A program made the position numbers and the translations under genes. Below the pieces are notes generated by a model. That model was not told where the DNA came from. It did not search any database and was given only the letters and a program-made list of their open reading frames with translations. A stretch of DNA of 40,191 nt from Candidatus Atribacteria bacterium (GTDB taxonomy: Bacteria; Bipolaricaulota; Bipolaricaulia; UBA7950; UBA9294): assembly GCA_004525685.1 (NCBI GenBank), contig SPBW01000002.1, positions 1-40,191 on the forward strand, in the 5' to 3' direction. This document shows positions 28,154 through 36,439 of the stretch, piece after piece. The first letter of the stretch is position 1. The number at the start of each line of letters is the position of its first letter.

Positions 28154-30430
28154 TTGAAGGATTTGATCATTGTTGAATCGCCGACCAAGGCGCGCACGAT
28201 TGGGCAGTACCTGGGGAAGAGCTATCAAGTGCTCTCTTCTCAGGGACATGTTCGCGATCTTCCCAAGAATGAGTTGGGCGTCAACATCGAAAAGGGGTTC
28301 GAACCGAAGTTCGAGACACGTCGCACCAAGAACATTGCAGTGCTTCGTGAGGCCGCTGAGAACGCCAAGCACATCTACCTTGCGACAGATCATGATCGAG
28401 AGGGCGAAGCGATCGCCTACGACCTCTATGCGATTCTCAATCGAGTCGTCAAGAATGACGACGCCTTCTCTCGGCTTGTTTTCAACGAGATCACCAAGCC
28501 AGCGATCCAAGATGCACTGACGAAAGCCTCTCAGATCGACCTGCCCAAAGTAGAGGCGCAACGCACACGGCGTATTCTCGATCGCCTCGTGGGCTACTTG
28601 CTTAGCCCGCTCTTATCCAGGATCTTGGCAGGCAATCGCTTCGCGGGACTGTCTGCTGGGCGCGTTCAGTCCGTCGCTGTGCGATTCCTATGCGATCGCG
28701 AGGCGCAGATTGCGCAGTTCGCACCAGAAGAGTACTGGGAGATTGATGCGCACCTTCGCAACGGCGAACCGTTCGTGGCATCCGCAACCAAACGGGATGG
28801 TGAGAAGGTAGATCTCAAGACGCAGAGCGATGCCCAAGAGGCCGAGAAGCTCATTCGAGGCGCCAGCCTCTCTGTCGCCGAGGTAGAAGAGAAACAGCGG
28901 CGCAGACAACCTTCCCCTCCCTTCATTACCAGTACGTTGCAGCAGTCGGCGTCATCTCAGTTGGGGTTCTCGCCTAAGAGGACGATGCGAGTCGCTCAAG
29001 AACTCTATGAGGGGATCGCCCTGCCTGAGGGAACGGTCGGTCTGATCACGTACATGCGAACCGATTCAGTCCGTATTTCTGCGGACGCTGTCGAAGCAGC
29101 TCGCAAGCTGATCCGTGACGATTATGGCGAGACATACCTTGAGCCGCAGGCCCGTTCATTCCAGAACAAGCGCGGATCTCAGGATGCGCATGAAGCCATT
29201 CGCCCGACAGGCGTGGATCGTTCTCCAGACGAAGTGTCGGGACAGCTTGGCCCTGATCAGCAGAAGCTGTACGGACTGATCTATCGACGATTCGTCGCTA
29301 CGCAAATGACGCCCGCTGTCTATAGCCAGCGCAAGATCATCGTCTCTGCAGATCCATTCACGCTCGAAGCTACCGGCAGCACACTCCAGTTCGACGGATT
29401 CCTGAAGATGATGCCTGACTCCAAAGGCAAAGAGAATGCGATCCCTGACGGTGTGAAGAAGGGGGACATCCTGACTCTCGACCAGATTGAGTCGAGGCAG
29501 AAATTCACTGAACCCCCGCGACGGTATTCCGAAGCAGGGCTTATCAATCTGCTCGAGAAAGAAGGGATTGGTCGGCCGAGCACCTATGCCTCGATCATCT
29601 CCGTCATTCAAGAGCGCGGGTATGCACATCGTGATGGAAGCAGTCTGCGTCCGACGCTCCTTGGACAGATGGTGGTCGATTTTCTACAGCGCTTCTTCGC
29701 AGAAACGATCGATCCTCAGTTCACTGCACACATGGAAGAAGATCTCGACCAGATCGAGGATGGAGGCATGTCGCGGCAGGACGCGCTCGACGAGTTCTAC
29801 GGCCCCTTCGCCACGCAATTGGCTACGCTAGAAGCGAAGGTCGAGGAGGGAGCCAGCAAGACGTTTCGTGTTGAAACGGACATGGTGTGTGAGAAGTGCG
29901 GAGCGCCGATGGACCTGCGGTTCTGGAAAGAATCCTTCTTCCTGGGCTGTTCCTCGTACCCCGACTGCAAGAGCACGGTGAATCTTCCCCCGGACATTGA
30001 GGCCACGTACGGGGATCAGAGCGTCCTTGTCGCTGAAGCGCTCGCTGAAGCTGCGGCATCGGCAAACAAGACCGTTGCCTGCCAGACCTGTGGCGACGGG
30101 GTCATGGAGTTGAAGAGCGGGCGTTATGGACGCTACTACAAGTGCACGGACCCCGAATGTGCCGCGACGGCTTCTGTGTCGACGGGCGTTGTCTGCCCGA
30201 CCTGCAAAGAGGGCGAGTTGGTGGAGAAATACTCGGCCAAGCGTCGGCGAACATTCTATAGCTGCAATCGATATCCGGACTGTCGCTATGCCATCGGAGA
30301 CAAGCCTACGAAGCTGTGTCCTGCTTGCGAAGAAGGCGTCTTGATCGAGAAGTCTGGGGCACTTGTCTGCAGCAACAAAGTATGTGGGCATCAAGAAGAG
30401 CGTGAGGAAGCATCAACCGATGATGGCTAG
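28154..30430 (+). CDS. topA: DNA topoisomerase I with four C-terminal zinc-ribbon motifs
   Basis: Has a Toprim N-terminus (KDLIIVESPTKARTIGQYLG). A TTG at 28154 lies 9 nt after AAGGAG; the alternative ATG at 28124 has no SD. There are four Cx2C...Cx2-5C modules in the last ~200 aa. Confidence 0.9.
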   Translation: MKDLIIVESPTKARTIGQYLGKSYQVLSSQGHVRDLPKNELGVNIEKGFEPKFETRRTKNIAVLREAAENAKHIYLATDHDREGEAIAYDLYAILNRVVKNDDAFSRLVFNEITKPAIQDALTKASQIDLPKVEAQRTRRILDRLVGYLLSPLLSRILAGNRFAGLSAGRVQSVAVRFLCDREAQIAQFAPEEYWEIDAHLRNGEPFVASATKRDGEKVDLKTQSDAQEAEKLIRGASLSVAEVEEKQRRRQPSPPFITSTLQQSASSQLGFSPKRTMRVAQELYEGIALPEGTVGLITYMRTDSVRISADAVEAARKLIRDDYGETYLEPQARSFQNKRGSQDAHEAIRPTGVDRSPDEVSGQLGPDQQKLYGLIYRRFVATQMTPAVYSQRKIIVSADPFTLEATGSTLQFDGFLKMMPDSKGKENAIPDGVKKGDILTLDQIESRQKFTEPPRRYSEAGLINLLEKEGIGRPSTYASIISVIQERGYAHRDGSSLRPTLLGQMVVDFLQRFFAETIDPQFTAHMEEDLDQIEDGGMSRQDALDEFYGPFATQLATLEAKVEEGASKTFRVETDMVCEKCGAPMDLRFWKESFFLGCSSYPDCKSTVNLPPDIEATYGDQSVLVAEALAEAAASANKTVACQTCGDGVMELKSGRYGRYYKCTDPECAATASVSTGVVCPTCKEGELVEKYSAKRRRTFYSCNRYPDCRYAIGDKPTKLCPACEEGVLIEKSGALVCSNKVCGHQEEREEASTDDG

Positions 30431-30483
30431 GACGTGTACGTAATCTGGTAGTCGACTTTCGCTGCTGTTGTGCGTCGGTTGCG

Positions 30484-31422
30484 TTAGGCCGCTTCGGATA
30501 GCAGTTTGAACCACTCTAGCTTCTGCTTCAGAACGGAATCCTGGAGTTTCGTGAGTGCTTCCTTCTGAATCTGGCGCACGCGTTCACGGCTGATGCCAAA
30601 CTCGACTCCGACCTCATCCAATGTCTTGGGCTGATAGTCCTTGAGTCCGTATCGCAGCTCGAGAATGCGCTTCTCGCGATCCGTCAAACGCTCATCGAGG
30701 GCCCGTTCGAGTTCCTGAACAAGCAGATGCTCGAAGGTTTCTCGCTCAGGGGATTCCACAGTGCCATCCTCGATGAAGTCGCCGAGAACTGAGCCGTCGT
30801 CGTCATGGCCAATCGGCATGTCAAGTGACGTCATGCTTTGAGCCGTCTTCTTGGCCTTGATGATGTTTTCGAGAGTCGTTTCGAGTTCAGCTGCAAGCCT
30901 CTCGGGTGAGGGGAGTTCGCCGTTTTCCTTCAAATAGTTGCGTTCGACTTGATAGATCTTGCGGATGAGTTCGTTGATATGAGTTGGCACGCGAATGGTA
31001 CGAGAGCGATTGGTGATGGCACGGAGGATGGCTTGACGGATCCACCACGTAGCATAGGTCGAGAACTTGTATCCCTTGGTGTAGTCGAACTTCTCAATTG
31101 CCTTCATCAACCCAAGGTTTCCCTCTTGGATGAGATCAAGAAACGGGAGTCCGCATCCTCGATACTTCTTGGCAATCGAAACGACGAGTCGCAGATTGGC
31201 CTCAGCAAGTTCTTCTTTGGCTCGCTGATCTCCTGCCTCAATCCGCTTTGAAAGGCGCACCTCATCCTCGCGTGTCAGAAGTGGAACTCGGCTGATCTCG
31301 CCGAAGTACGTGCGGATTGGATTGTCAGAGCGCGAAGCACGCTCCTCGGCCACATGCCGCTTGTCTTCCGGCTTGTTGCTCAAGTTCTTGCTCAGGTTAA
31401 TCGTCGCTCTAGATTCTTTCAT
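30484..31422 (-). CDS. RNA polymerase sigma-70 family factor (RpoD/SigA-like, short, no region 1.1)
   Basis: Has region 1.2 ([19 protein letters not shown]), region 2 ([37 protein letters not shown]) and region 4 ([20 protein letters not shown]). SD AGGAG upstream. Confidence 0.85.
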   Translation of the reverse strand: MKESRATINLSKNLSNKPEDKRHVAEERASRSDNPIRTYFGEISRVPLLTREDEVRLSKRIEAGDQRAKEELAEANLRLVVSIAKKYRGCGLPFLDLIQEGNLGLMKAIEKFDYTKGYKFSTYATWWIRQAILRAITNRSRTIRVPTHINELIRKIYQVERNYLKENGELPSPERLAAELETTLENIIKAKKTAQSMTSLDMPIGHDDDGSVLGDFIEDGTVESPERETFEHLLVQELERALDERLTDREKRILELRYGLKDYQPKTLDEVGVEFGISRERVRQIQKEALTKLQDSVLKQKLEWFKLLSEAA

Positions 31423-31553
31423 TCCACTCCTGCATGGTGCTTGCGTCCTGTAATCGAAAGAGAATCGGATGACCTGGGGGTCCTCCGATCCTTTAGACGT
31501 TCTAGTTGCCTGCTGTAGTTATCGCATTCAATAGCCCAAGTTTTGCGGCCTTG

Positions 31554-31562
31554 AGTATAGCA
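31554..31562 (-). promoter_or_regulatory. extended -10 promoter candidate (TGcTATACT) for the sigma-factor gene
   Basis: The minus strand reads ctgggttgTGcTATACTcaa, about 130 nt upstream of the ATG at 31422. Confidence 0.35.
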
Positions 31563-31648
31563 CAACCCAGCCGCAAGGTGAAGGGGTCAAACGTCCAATT
31601 GGCAGCTGGATGAGCCAACTGCGAAGACAAGACGGTGCTGGAGCAAGC

Positions 31649-32236
31649 CTACTGCTTGGGAAGAAAGGCGATTAGCGCGCCCACGCCCAATCCTACGACC
31701 AGCCACAGCGTGGCTGGATCATAAAGCAAAGGATCTGGTCTACCCCTGCCTAGTGCGACGGTCATTCCCAGTGAGAATTCGGGATCGAACGTCCATTGGA
31801 CAGGCAGAGGCTCATGGGTGCGGAATTGAGCGACGAGCGCAATGGAATCCAATACCCAGACCTGGAAGCCTCCCTTGAGCGTCAAATAGGGATTGAAGCC
31901 CCACGCTGATCCCACATGACGCCATTGCAGGGTGAATCCGCCGCCTGCAAAGGCATTGACCGGTCCGACCCACGCCTTAACGAGCATTCCGGCAGTCCCT
32001 TCAAACAGGTCAGGAAACTCGGGTGGGTAGGTTCCAAGATCAAGCACGGCCGTCAAATTGGGAGACAGGAAGATCTCCGTCGTCACATAGGAGAAGGAGC
32101 GTGACCAATCAACCGGAAGCTCGTAGGGAATTCCAACGCCAAAGCCGATTGAAAACGGCGCAGGAGAGGCGGCGCTGAGTGCTGCCATGCTTCCCAAAGC
32201 TAGCATGAACACAAGCACAGCACCAATCCGTCGCAT
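31649..32236 (-). CDS. hypothetical secreted beta-rich protein with C-terminal TM anchor
   Basis: Has SD AAAGGAGA, a signal peptide (MRRIGAVLVFMLALGSMAALSAA), alternating aromatic/Gly-rich segments and a C-terminal hydrophobic helix (LWLVVGLGVGALIAFL). Confidence 0.6.
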   Translation of the reverse strand: MRRIGAVLVFMLALGSMAALSAASPAPFSIGFGVGIPYELPVDWSRSFSYVTTEIFLSPNLTAVLDLGTYPPEFPDLFEGTAGMLVKAWVGPVNAFAGGGFTLQWRHVGSAWGFNPYLTLKGGFQVWVLDSIALVAQFRTHEPLPVQWTFDPEFSLGMTVALGRGRPDPLLYDPATLWLVVGLGVGALIAFLPKQ

Positions 32237-32399
32237 GATGGATCTCCTTTCTCTAGATAAATGCTATGGCTGTCGTGGCTGAAACGTGAGGGCGCCCGAC
32301 CCATCAAGAAGGGATGGGTGTCCCTTATGCGTTGTTTGTTCTAGAGAGTTGAGACCGGCTGTTCAGCGGATATGCTGTTGGGACGTAATGGGGGTGATG

Positions 32400-32828
32400 A
32401 TGAAGATTCGCGAATTGTCGGAAGAGGACTACGACTTGGTTGTTGACATTTGGAGCCGCGCTGGCCTACCGTACCGTCCGCAGGGACGAGATTCGCGAGA
32501 GCGCTTCGGAATCGAGGTTCAGCAAGATACGGCCGTCTTTCTGGGCGCAGAGCTGGACGGAATGCTGGCTGGCGTTGTGTTGGGAACTCACGACGGGCGC
32601 AAGGGTTGGATCAATCGCTTGGCTGTGCTTCCTGAGTACCGCAATCGTGGGATTGGGGAACTGTTGGTAGACCATACGGAACGCCGACTCAATCAGCGAG
32701 GGATCCTCATTGTCACGTGTCTGATTGAAGGCGAAAACGAATCATCCAAGGCCTTCTTTCAGAAGCTTGGGTATGTCAGCCATCCTGACATTACCTACTT
32801 CTCCAAACGGCGCTCAGCGGATTGGTAG
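32400..32828 (+). CDS. GNAT family N-acetyltransferase
   Basis: Has MKIRELSEEDYDLV...INRLAVLPEYRNRGIGELLV...KLGY. The start lies somewhere in the ATG cluster 32388..32400, with GGGGTGA upstream. Confidence 0.8.
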   Translation: MKIRELSEEDYDLVVDIWSRAGLPYRPQGRDSRERFGIEVQQDTAVFLGAELDGMLAGVVLGTHDGRKGWINRLAVLPEYRNRGIGELLVDHTERRLNQRGILIVTCLIEGENESSKAFFQKLGYVSHPDITYFSKRRSADW

Positions 32829-32832
32829 ACGT

Positions 32833-33252
32833 CTACTGTGTCGGCCCCACCTCGACATTGGGTACAGTAATCTGCTTGATGAGGGGTTCTGACATCGCTC
32901 CGCTTTCGTCAACGACGACAAGCTGTATGGTGGAGCTATCTTCCGCTGGGTATCTAATCTGCAGGTTCGGTGTTGAACGAACAGCCGAGAACGCGAGTGG
33001 GTCAAGGATCTCCGGGCCTTCAGGATCGGCAGTAAGGAACGCCCACATGTAGGTGATAATGGCTCCACCGTCTGGATCGACTGACGCTGACGCGTCCAAT
33101 ACGACAAGCAACGGATCGCTTGTCGTGTTGTAGTTGATGACGAATGAAGCGACGGGAGGCTGGGGAAAGAGCGAACAGCCTGTGAGAAGGGCGATACTCA
33201 GGCCGACCACACAACCTGCCACCGCAGAACGCCGTAATAATGATTTCAACAT
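32833..33252 (-). CDS. lipoprotein with PKD-like domain
   Basis: Has SD AAGGAGG, a lipobox (LLTGC) and a PKD-like pattern (ASFVINY...VVLDASASVDPDGGAIITYMW). Confidence 0.65.
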   Translation of the reverse strand: MLKSLLRRSAVAGCVVGLSIALLTGCSLFPQPPVASFVINYNTTSDPLLVVLDASASVDPDGGAIITYMWAFLTADPEGPEILDPLAFSAVRSTPNLQIRYPAEDSSTIQLVVVDESGAMSEPLIKQITVPNVEVGPTQ

Positions 33253-33304
33253 GATGGCCTCCTTGGACGAGGCAAGCCTAGCACAAAGAAAGCGAAATGA
33301 CGAA

Positions 33305-34150
33305 TCAGAGCGGCTGTGTCAGATGAGATCGCAACGCCCGCGCGAACAAGTCGCCGATCACGTTTCGGCGATAGGCAGCAGTCGCTCGGATGTCGGAAAT
33401 CGGGGCGATCGCCCCTGTGATCAGGTCTCGTGCCTCCAAAGGAAGAGCGGCGTCGAGAGCACGTCCGGTGAGTTGGCTCTCGATCTTACGTAGTCGTCTC
33501 GGCGTTGGTGCGACGGAGCCCACGGCAATGCGTATTTCCTGGATGGCTCCTTGCTCAATATTCAGTAGCAAGCCCAGCGAGGCGATGGCAATGGTGAGGG
33601 CATTGCGCTTGCCGACCTTGTGAAAGAATGTCCGGAAGCCGTCTGTTCCAATTGGCATGCGAAGCGCGCGTACGAACTCGCCCGATGAGAGCGTGGTTTT
33701 CCCCGGGCCGGTGAAGAAGCTCTCCAGTCGAACCCATTGCTCCTGTGCAGGGCCAACAACCTGAACCTCGGCCTCATACAAGAGAAGAGGGATGGCGCCG
33801 TCGGCTGCAGGCGATGCGTTTACGATGTTGCCAGCGAGTGTTCCGCGATTCCGGATCTGGACGGATCCCAGTTGCCTCAAGACCAACGCCAGCAGTGGGG
33901 CATGTTGGTTCACCAGCGGTGAATGCATGATGTCAGATTCGAGCGTGGCGGCGCCGATCTCGAGATGACCTTCGTCGACTTGAATGCCATGCAGAGATTC
34001 GATTTGCGTGACGTCGAGCAGCAGGGTAGGCTGAAGCATCCCTGCACGCATCTTGACGATGACGTCAGTTCCTCCACACACAATAAGGGATCCTGGCTGC
34101 GAGAGGCCATCGAGAAGCTCCGATTCGTTGATTACTCGCTGATAGCGCAC
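33305..34150 (-). CDS. molybdenum hydroxylase FAD-binding (medium) subunit, YgfM/CoxM-like
   Basis: A GTG at 34150 lies 6 nt after AAGGAGA (the ORF track's ATG at 34168 contains that SD). Has CGGTDVIVKM, IRNRGTLAGNIVNASPAADG and DIRATAAYRRN motifs. Confidence 0.8.
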   Translation of the reverse strand: MRYQRVINESELLDGLSQPGSLIVCGGTDVIVKMRAGMLQPTLLLDVTQIESLHGIQVDEGHLEIGAATLESDIMHSPLVNQHAPLLALVLRQLGSVQIRNRGTLAGNIVNASPAADGAIPLLLYEAEVQVVGPAQEQWVRLESFFTGPGKTTLSSGEFVRALRMPIGTDGFRTFFHKVGKRNALTIAIASLGLLLNIEQGAIQEIRIAVGSVAPTPRRLRKIESQLTGRALDAALPLEARDLITGAIAPISDIRATAAYRRNVIGDLFARALRSHLTQPL

Positions 34151-34734
34151 AGGGGCTCTCCTTTCCATGTTCTCAGATCAGAAGGGCTGTCGATGTCAAA
34201 AACGCATCCCGGATCGTCGACAAGCACGCGCGTGAGCTGCGTACTGCGCGTGCGGAGGAAGGCTCGGCCTCCGCTGTCACCCTGAAGCGAGGCCTTCAGC
34301 GCGTCGAGAGTATCGCGAGCGAAGTAGACGGGAAACCCACGCGTCTCTCCATGAACGGGCGCTGCCAGGACTGCGCCGCGATTTGCTGCGTCTACGACCG
34401 CACGGACTGTTGAATGTGCAAGAAACGGCATGTCAACGTGAAAAACAAGTATCCCGGTAGAGTCAGCCTGGATGGCCTCCAGGGCCAGCGCCAGCGAACG
34501 ACTGATTCCTCCCTGTGGATGAAGATTGATGACGACGCGGGCTTGTTCTAGATCGACAGCCGCCTTGACTGCTTCGGCGTTATGCCCGAGGACGATGATC
34601 GGGGACGATAGCCCTGCAGCCTCGATCATGCTCAGAACCACGGTCAATGCAGGCACATCGCCGATGGGAAGGAGCGCTTTGTTCCCACCCATGCGAGTTC
34701 CGAATCCAGCAGCGAGCACAATCGGTTGAATCAT
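34132..34734 (-). CDS. mocA: molybdenum cofactor cytidylyltransferase / hydroxylase accessory protein (MocA/YgfJ family)
   Basis: The ATG at 34734 overlaps the upstream stop (ATGA), with SD GAGGGA. Has IVLAAGFGTRMGGNKALLPIG. Confidence 0.8.
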   Translation of the reverse strand: MIQPIVLAAGFGTRMGGNKALLPIGDVPALTVVLSMIEAAGLSSPIIVLGHNAEAVKAAVDLEQARVVINLHPQGGISRSLALALEAIQADSTGILVFHVDMPFLAHSTVRAVVDAANRGAVLAAPVHGETRGFPVYFARDTLDALKASLQGDSGGRAFLRTRSTQLTRVLVDDPGCVFDIDSPSDLRTWKGEPLCAISE

Positions 34735-35201
34735 CTGGATTCCCTCATCCGTCGGGCCGCCAGCTTTACAGCATCGAGGATCTTGGAGTAGCCCGTACAG
34801 CGACAAAGATTGCCTTCCAAGCCGGCGAGGATCTCTTCTTCAGATGGATCGGGTGTATCCTGCAAGAGGGCATAGGTGGCCATGATGAAGCCGGGTGTGC
34901 AGAAGCCACACTGAACGGCACCGACTTCGACATACGCTTCTTGGATGGGATGAAGCGCCTGTCCATCAGCCAGTCCCTCGACAGTGATGATGACGGAACC
35001 ATCAGCTTGCATGGCCAGTACGAGGCATGAGTTGACGGCCTTGCCATCCAAGAGCACAGTGCATGCGCCACACTCGCCCTCGCCGCAGCCTTCTTTGGTG
35101 CCTGTGAGCTGCAATGTCTCTCGGATGAAGTCGAGCAAGCGCAGGTCAGGGGAGATATCTCGTTCGACAGACTTCCCGTTGACTGTGCACTGGATTCTCA
35201 T
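34731..35201 (-). CDS. (2Fe-2S)-binding small subunit of a molybdenum hydroxylase
   Basis: Has GCGEGECGACTV, CGFCTPG and CRCTGY motifs. The start overlaps the ThrC-like stop (ATGA). Confidence 0.9.
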   Translation of the reverse strand: MRIQCTVNGKSVERDISPDLRLLDFIRETLQLTGTKEGCGEGECGACTVLLDGKAVNSCLVLAMQADGSVIITVEGLADGQALHPIQEAYVEVGAVQCGFCTPGFIMATYALLQDTPDPSEEEILAGLEGNLCRCTGYSKILDAVKLAARRMRESR

Positions 35202-36439
35202 GGCAGATGCGCCTCAAGTGCCCTCAGCGATGGCTCGACAGTGATCGGCTTTCCGATGACTTTGCGCGCTGAGGCTACGTCCTTGAGTCCATTGCCAGTG
35301 ATCAGAACTGCAGCGGACTTGCCTGCCAGCTCCCCTGCATTGACCAGTTTCAACAGGCCCGCATAAGCTGCAGCTCCCGCAGGCTCGCCAAACACGCCCG
35401 TGCTGCGAGCCAGATCAATGATGGCGCTTAGGATCGCCTTGTCAGAGACAGTCACAAATCTTCCTCCGTTGGCTGATACCGACTTGACGGCCTTGACGAC
35501 GTCGCGCGGTTTGCCGACGCAGATGCTGTCAGCGACGGTGTGGGCTTCGATGTCCTCAAACCACACATCCTGTCCGTCGAAGGCATCAAAGGCGGCCGCA
35601 ATGGGCGCCGAGGTTTCAGCTTGCACGCCAATCACCTGCGGAACCTTGTCAATGAAGCCAAGCGTTTGCAGCTCAGCAAACCCCTTGCATACGCCGCTAA
35701 TGACGGAGCCGTCGCCCACTCCGACGAACACGACATCGGGCGGCTGCCACTTCATCTGTTCGGCGAGCTCAAGCGCCCCCGTCTTCTTGCCCTCGACGAG
35801 ATAGGGATTGACGGCTGCAGAGCGGTTGTACCAACCATACGCCTCGGCAGCCTCGGCAGCCAGATCGTAGGCCACGTCATAGGAGCCGTTGACAAGGAAG
35901 ACGCGAGCCCCATAGACAAGCAACTGAGCGACTTTTGCTTCTGGCGCTGTCTTGGGGACGAAGATGATCGTCTTGAGAGGGGTGGCTGCGGCGAAGCCCG
36001 CCAATGAGCTGGCGGCGTTCCCTGTGGACGCGCAAGTGACAACCGCTTTGCCCTTTTCCTGCGCCTTGATGACGACGATGGAGCTGGCGCGATCCTTGTA
36101 CGATGCCGTTGGGTTCTGGCCGTCGTCCTTGACGAACAGAGCAGACAGCTTGAGTTCTCTGGCCAGCTTGGGGAACGAATAGAGCGGAGTCCATCCCACA
36201 CGAAGCGGCTGAATGAACTCTTCAGATTCGATGGGGAGGAGAGGCAGGTATCGCCACATTGAAAGCTGGCCCGAGTCTTGAAACGCCTCGCGCGTCAGCG
36301 TTTTTCGTAGATGATCGTAATCGTAGCGAACCTCAAGTGTTCCCAAGCGCGGGCCACAGCTTGGACATGTGTAATCTACTTGGTTCGAACCATAGACCGA
36401 GCCGCACGTCACGCAATGAAGCCCCGTGATCTTTCCCAT
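35198..36439 (-). CDS. threonine-synthase-like fold-type-II PLP enzyme with N-terminal zinc ribbon
   Basis: The ATG at 36439 shares one base with the ygfK-like stop (TAATG). Has CVTCG...CPSCG, a PLP-lysine motif (NPTASYKDRA) and CASTGNAASS. Confidence 0.75.
   Translation of the reverse strand: MGKITGLHCVTCGSVYGSNQVDYTCPSCGPRLGTLEVRYDYDHLRKTLTREAFQDSGQLSMWRYLPLLPIESEEFIQPLRVGWTPLYSFPKLARELKLSALFVKDDGQNPTASYKDRASSIVVIKAQEKGKAVVTCASTGNAASSLAGFAAATPLKTIIFVPKTAPEAKVAQLLVYGARVFLVNGSYDVAYDLAAEAAEAYGWYNRSAAVNPYLVEGKKTGALELAEQMKWQPPDVVFVGVGDGSVISGVCKGFAELQTLGFIDKVPQVIGVQAETSAPIAAAFDAFDGQDVWFEDIEAHTVADSICVGKPRDVVKAVKSVSANGGRFVTVSDKAILSAIIDLARSTGVFGEPAGAAAYAGLLKLVNAGELAGKSAAVLITGNGLKDVASARKVIGKPITVEPSLRALEAHLP

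Noticed and set aside
31585-31590. TTGACC (minus strand) as the -35 for the sigma-factor promoter
   Set aside because: It lies 25 nt from the TATACT hexamer, too far to act as its -35. The extended -10 is the better explanation.
32299-32341. 7-bp hairpin (ACCCATC/GATGGGT) followed at a distance by a T-rich tract, flanked by TCTCTAGA/TCTAGAGA repeats; possible orphan terminator or sRNA
   Set aside because: The stem is short and the T-tract starts 12 nt after it. No upstream same-strand gene ends there. The flanking repeats are just two XbaI-type palindromes.
32286-32399. N-terminal extension of the GNAT ORF from a GTG at 32286
   Set aside because: The extension is Cys/Arg-rich and unlike GNAT N-termini. 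An ATG cluster with an SD-like GGGGTGA gives the canonical start.
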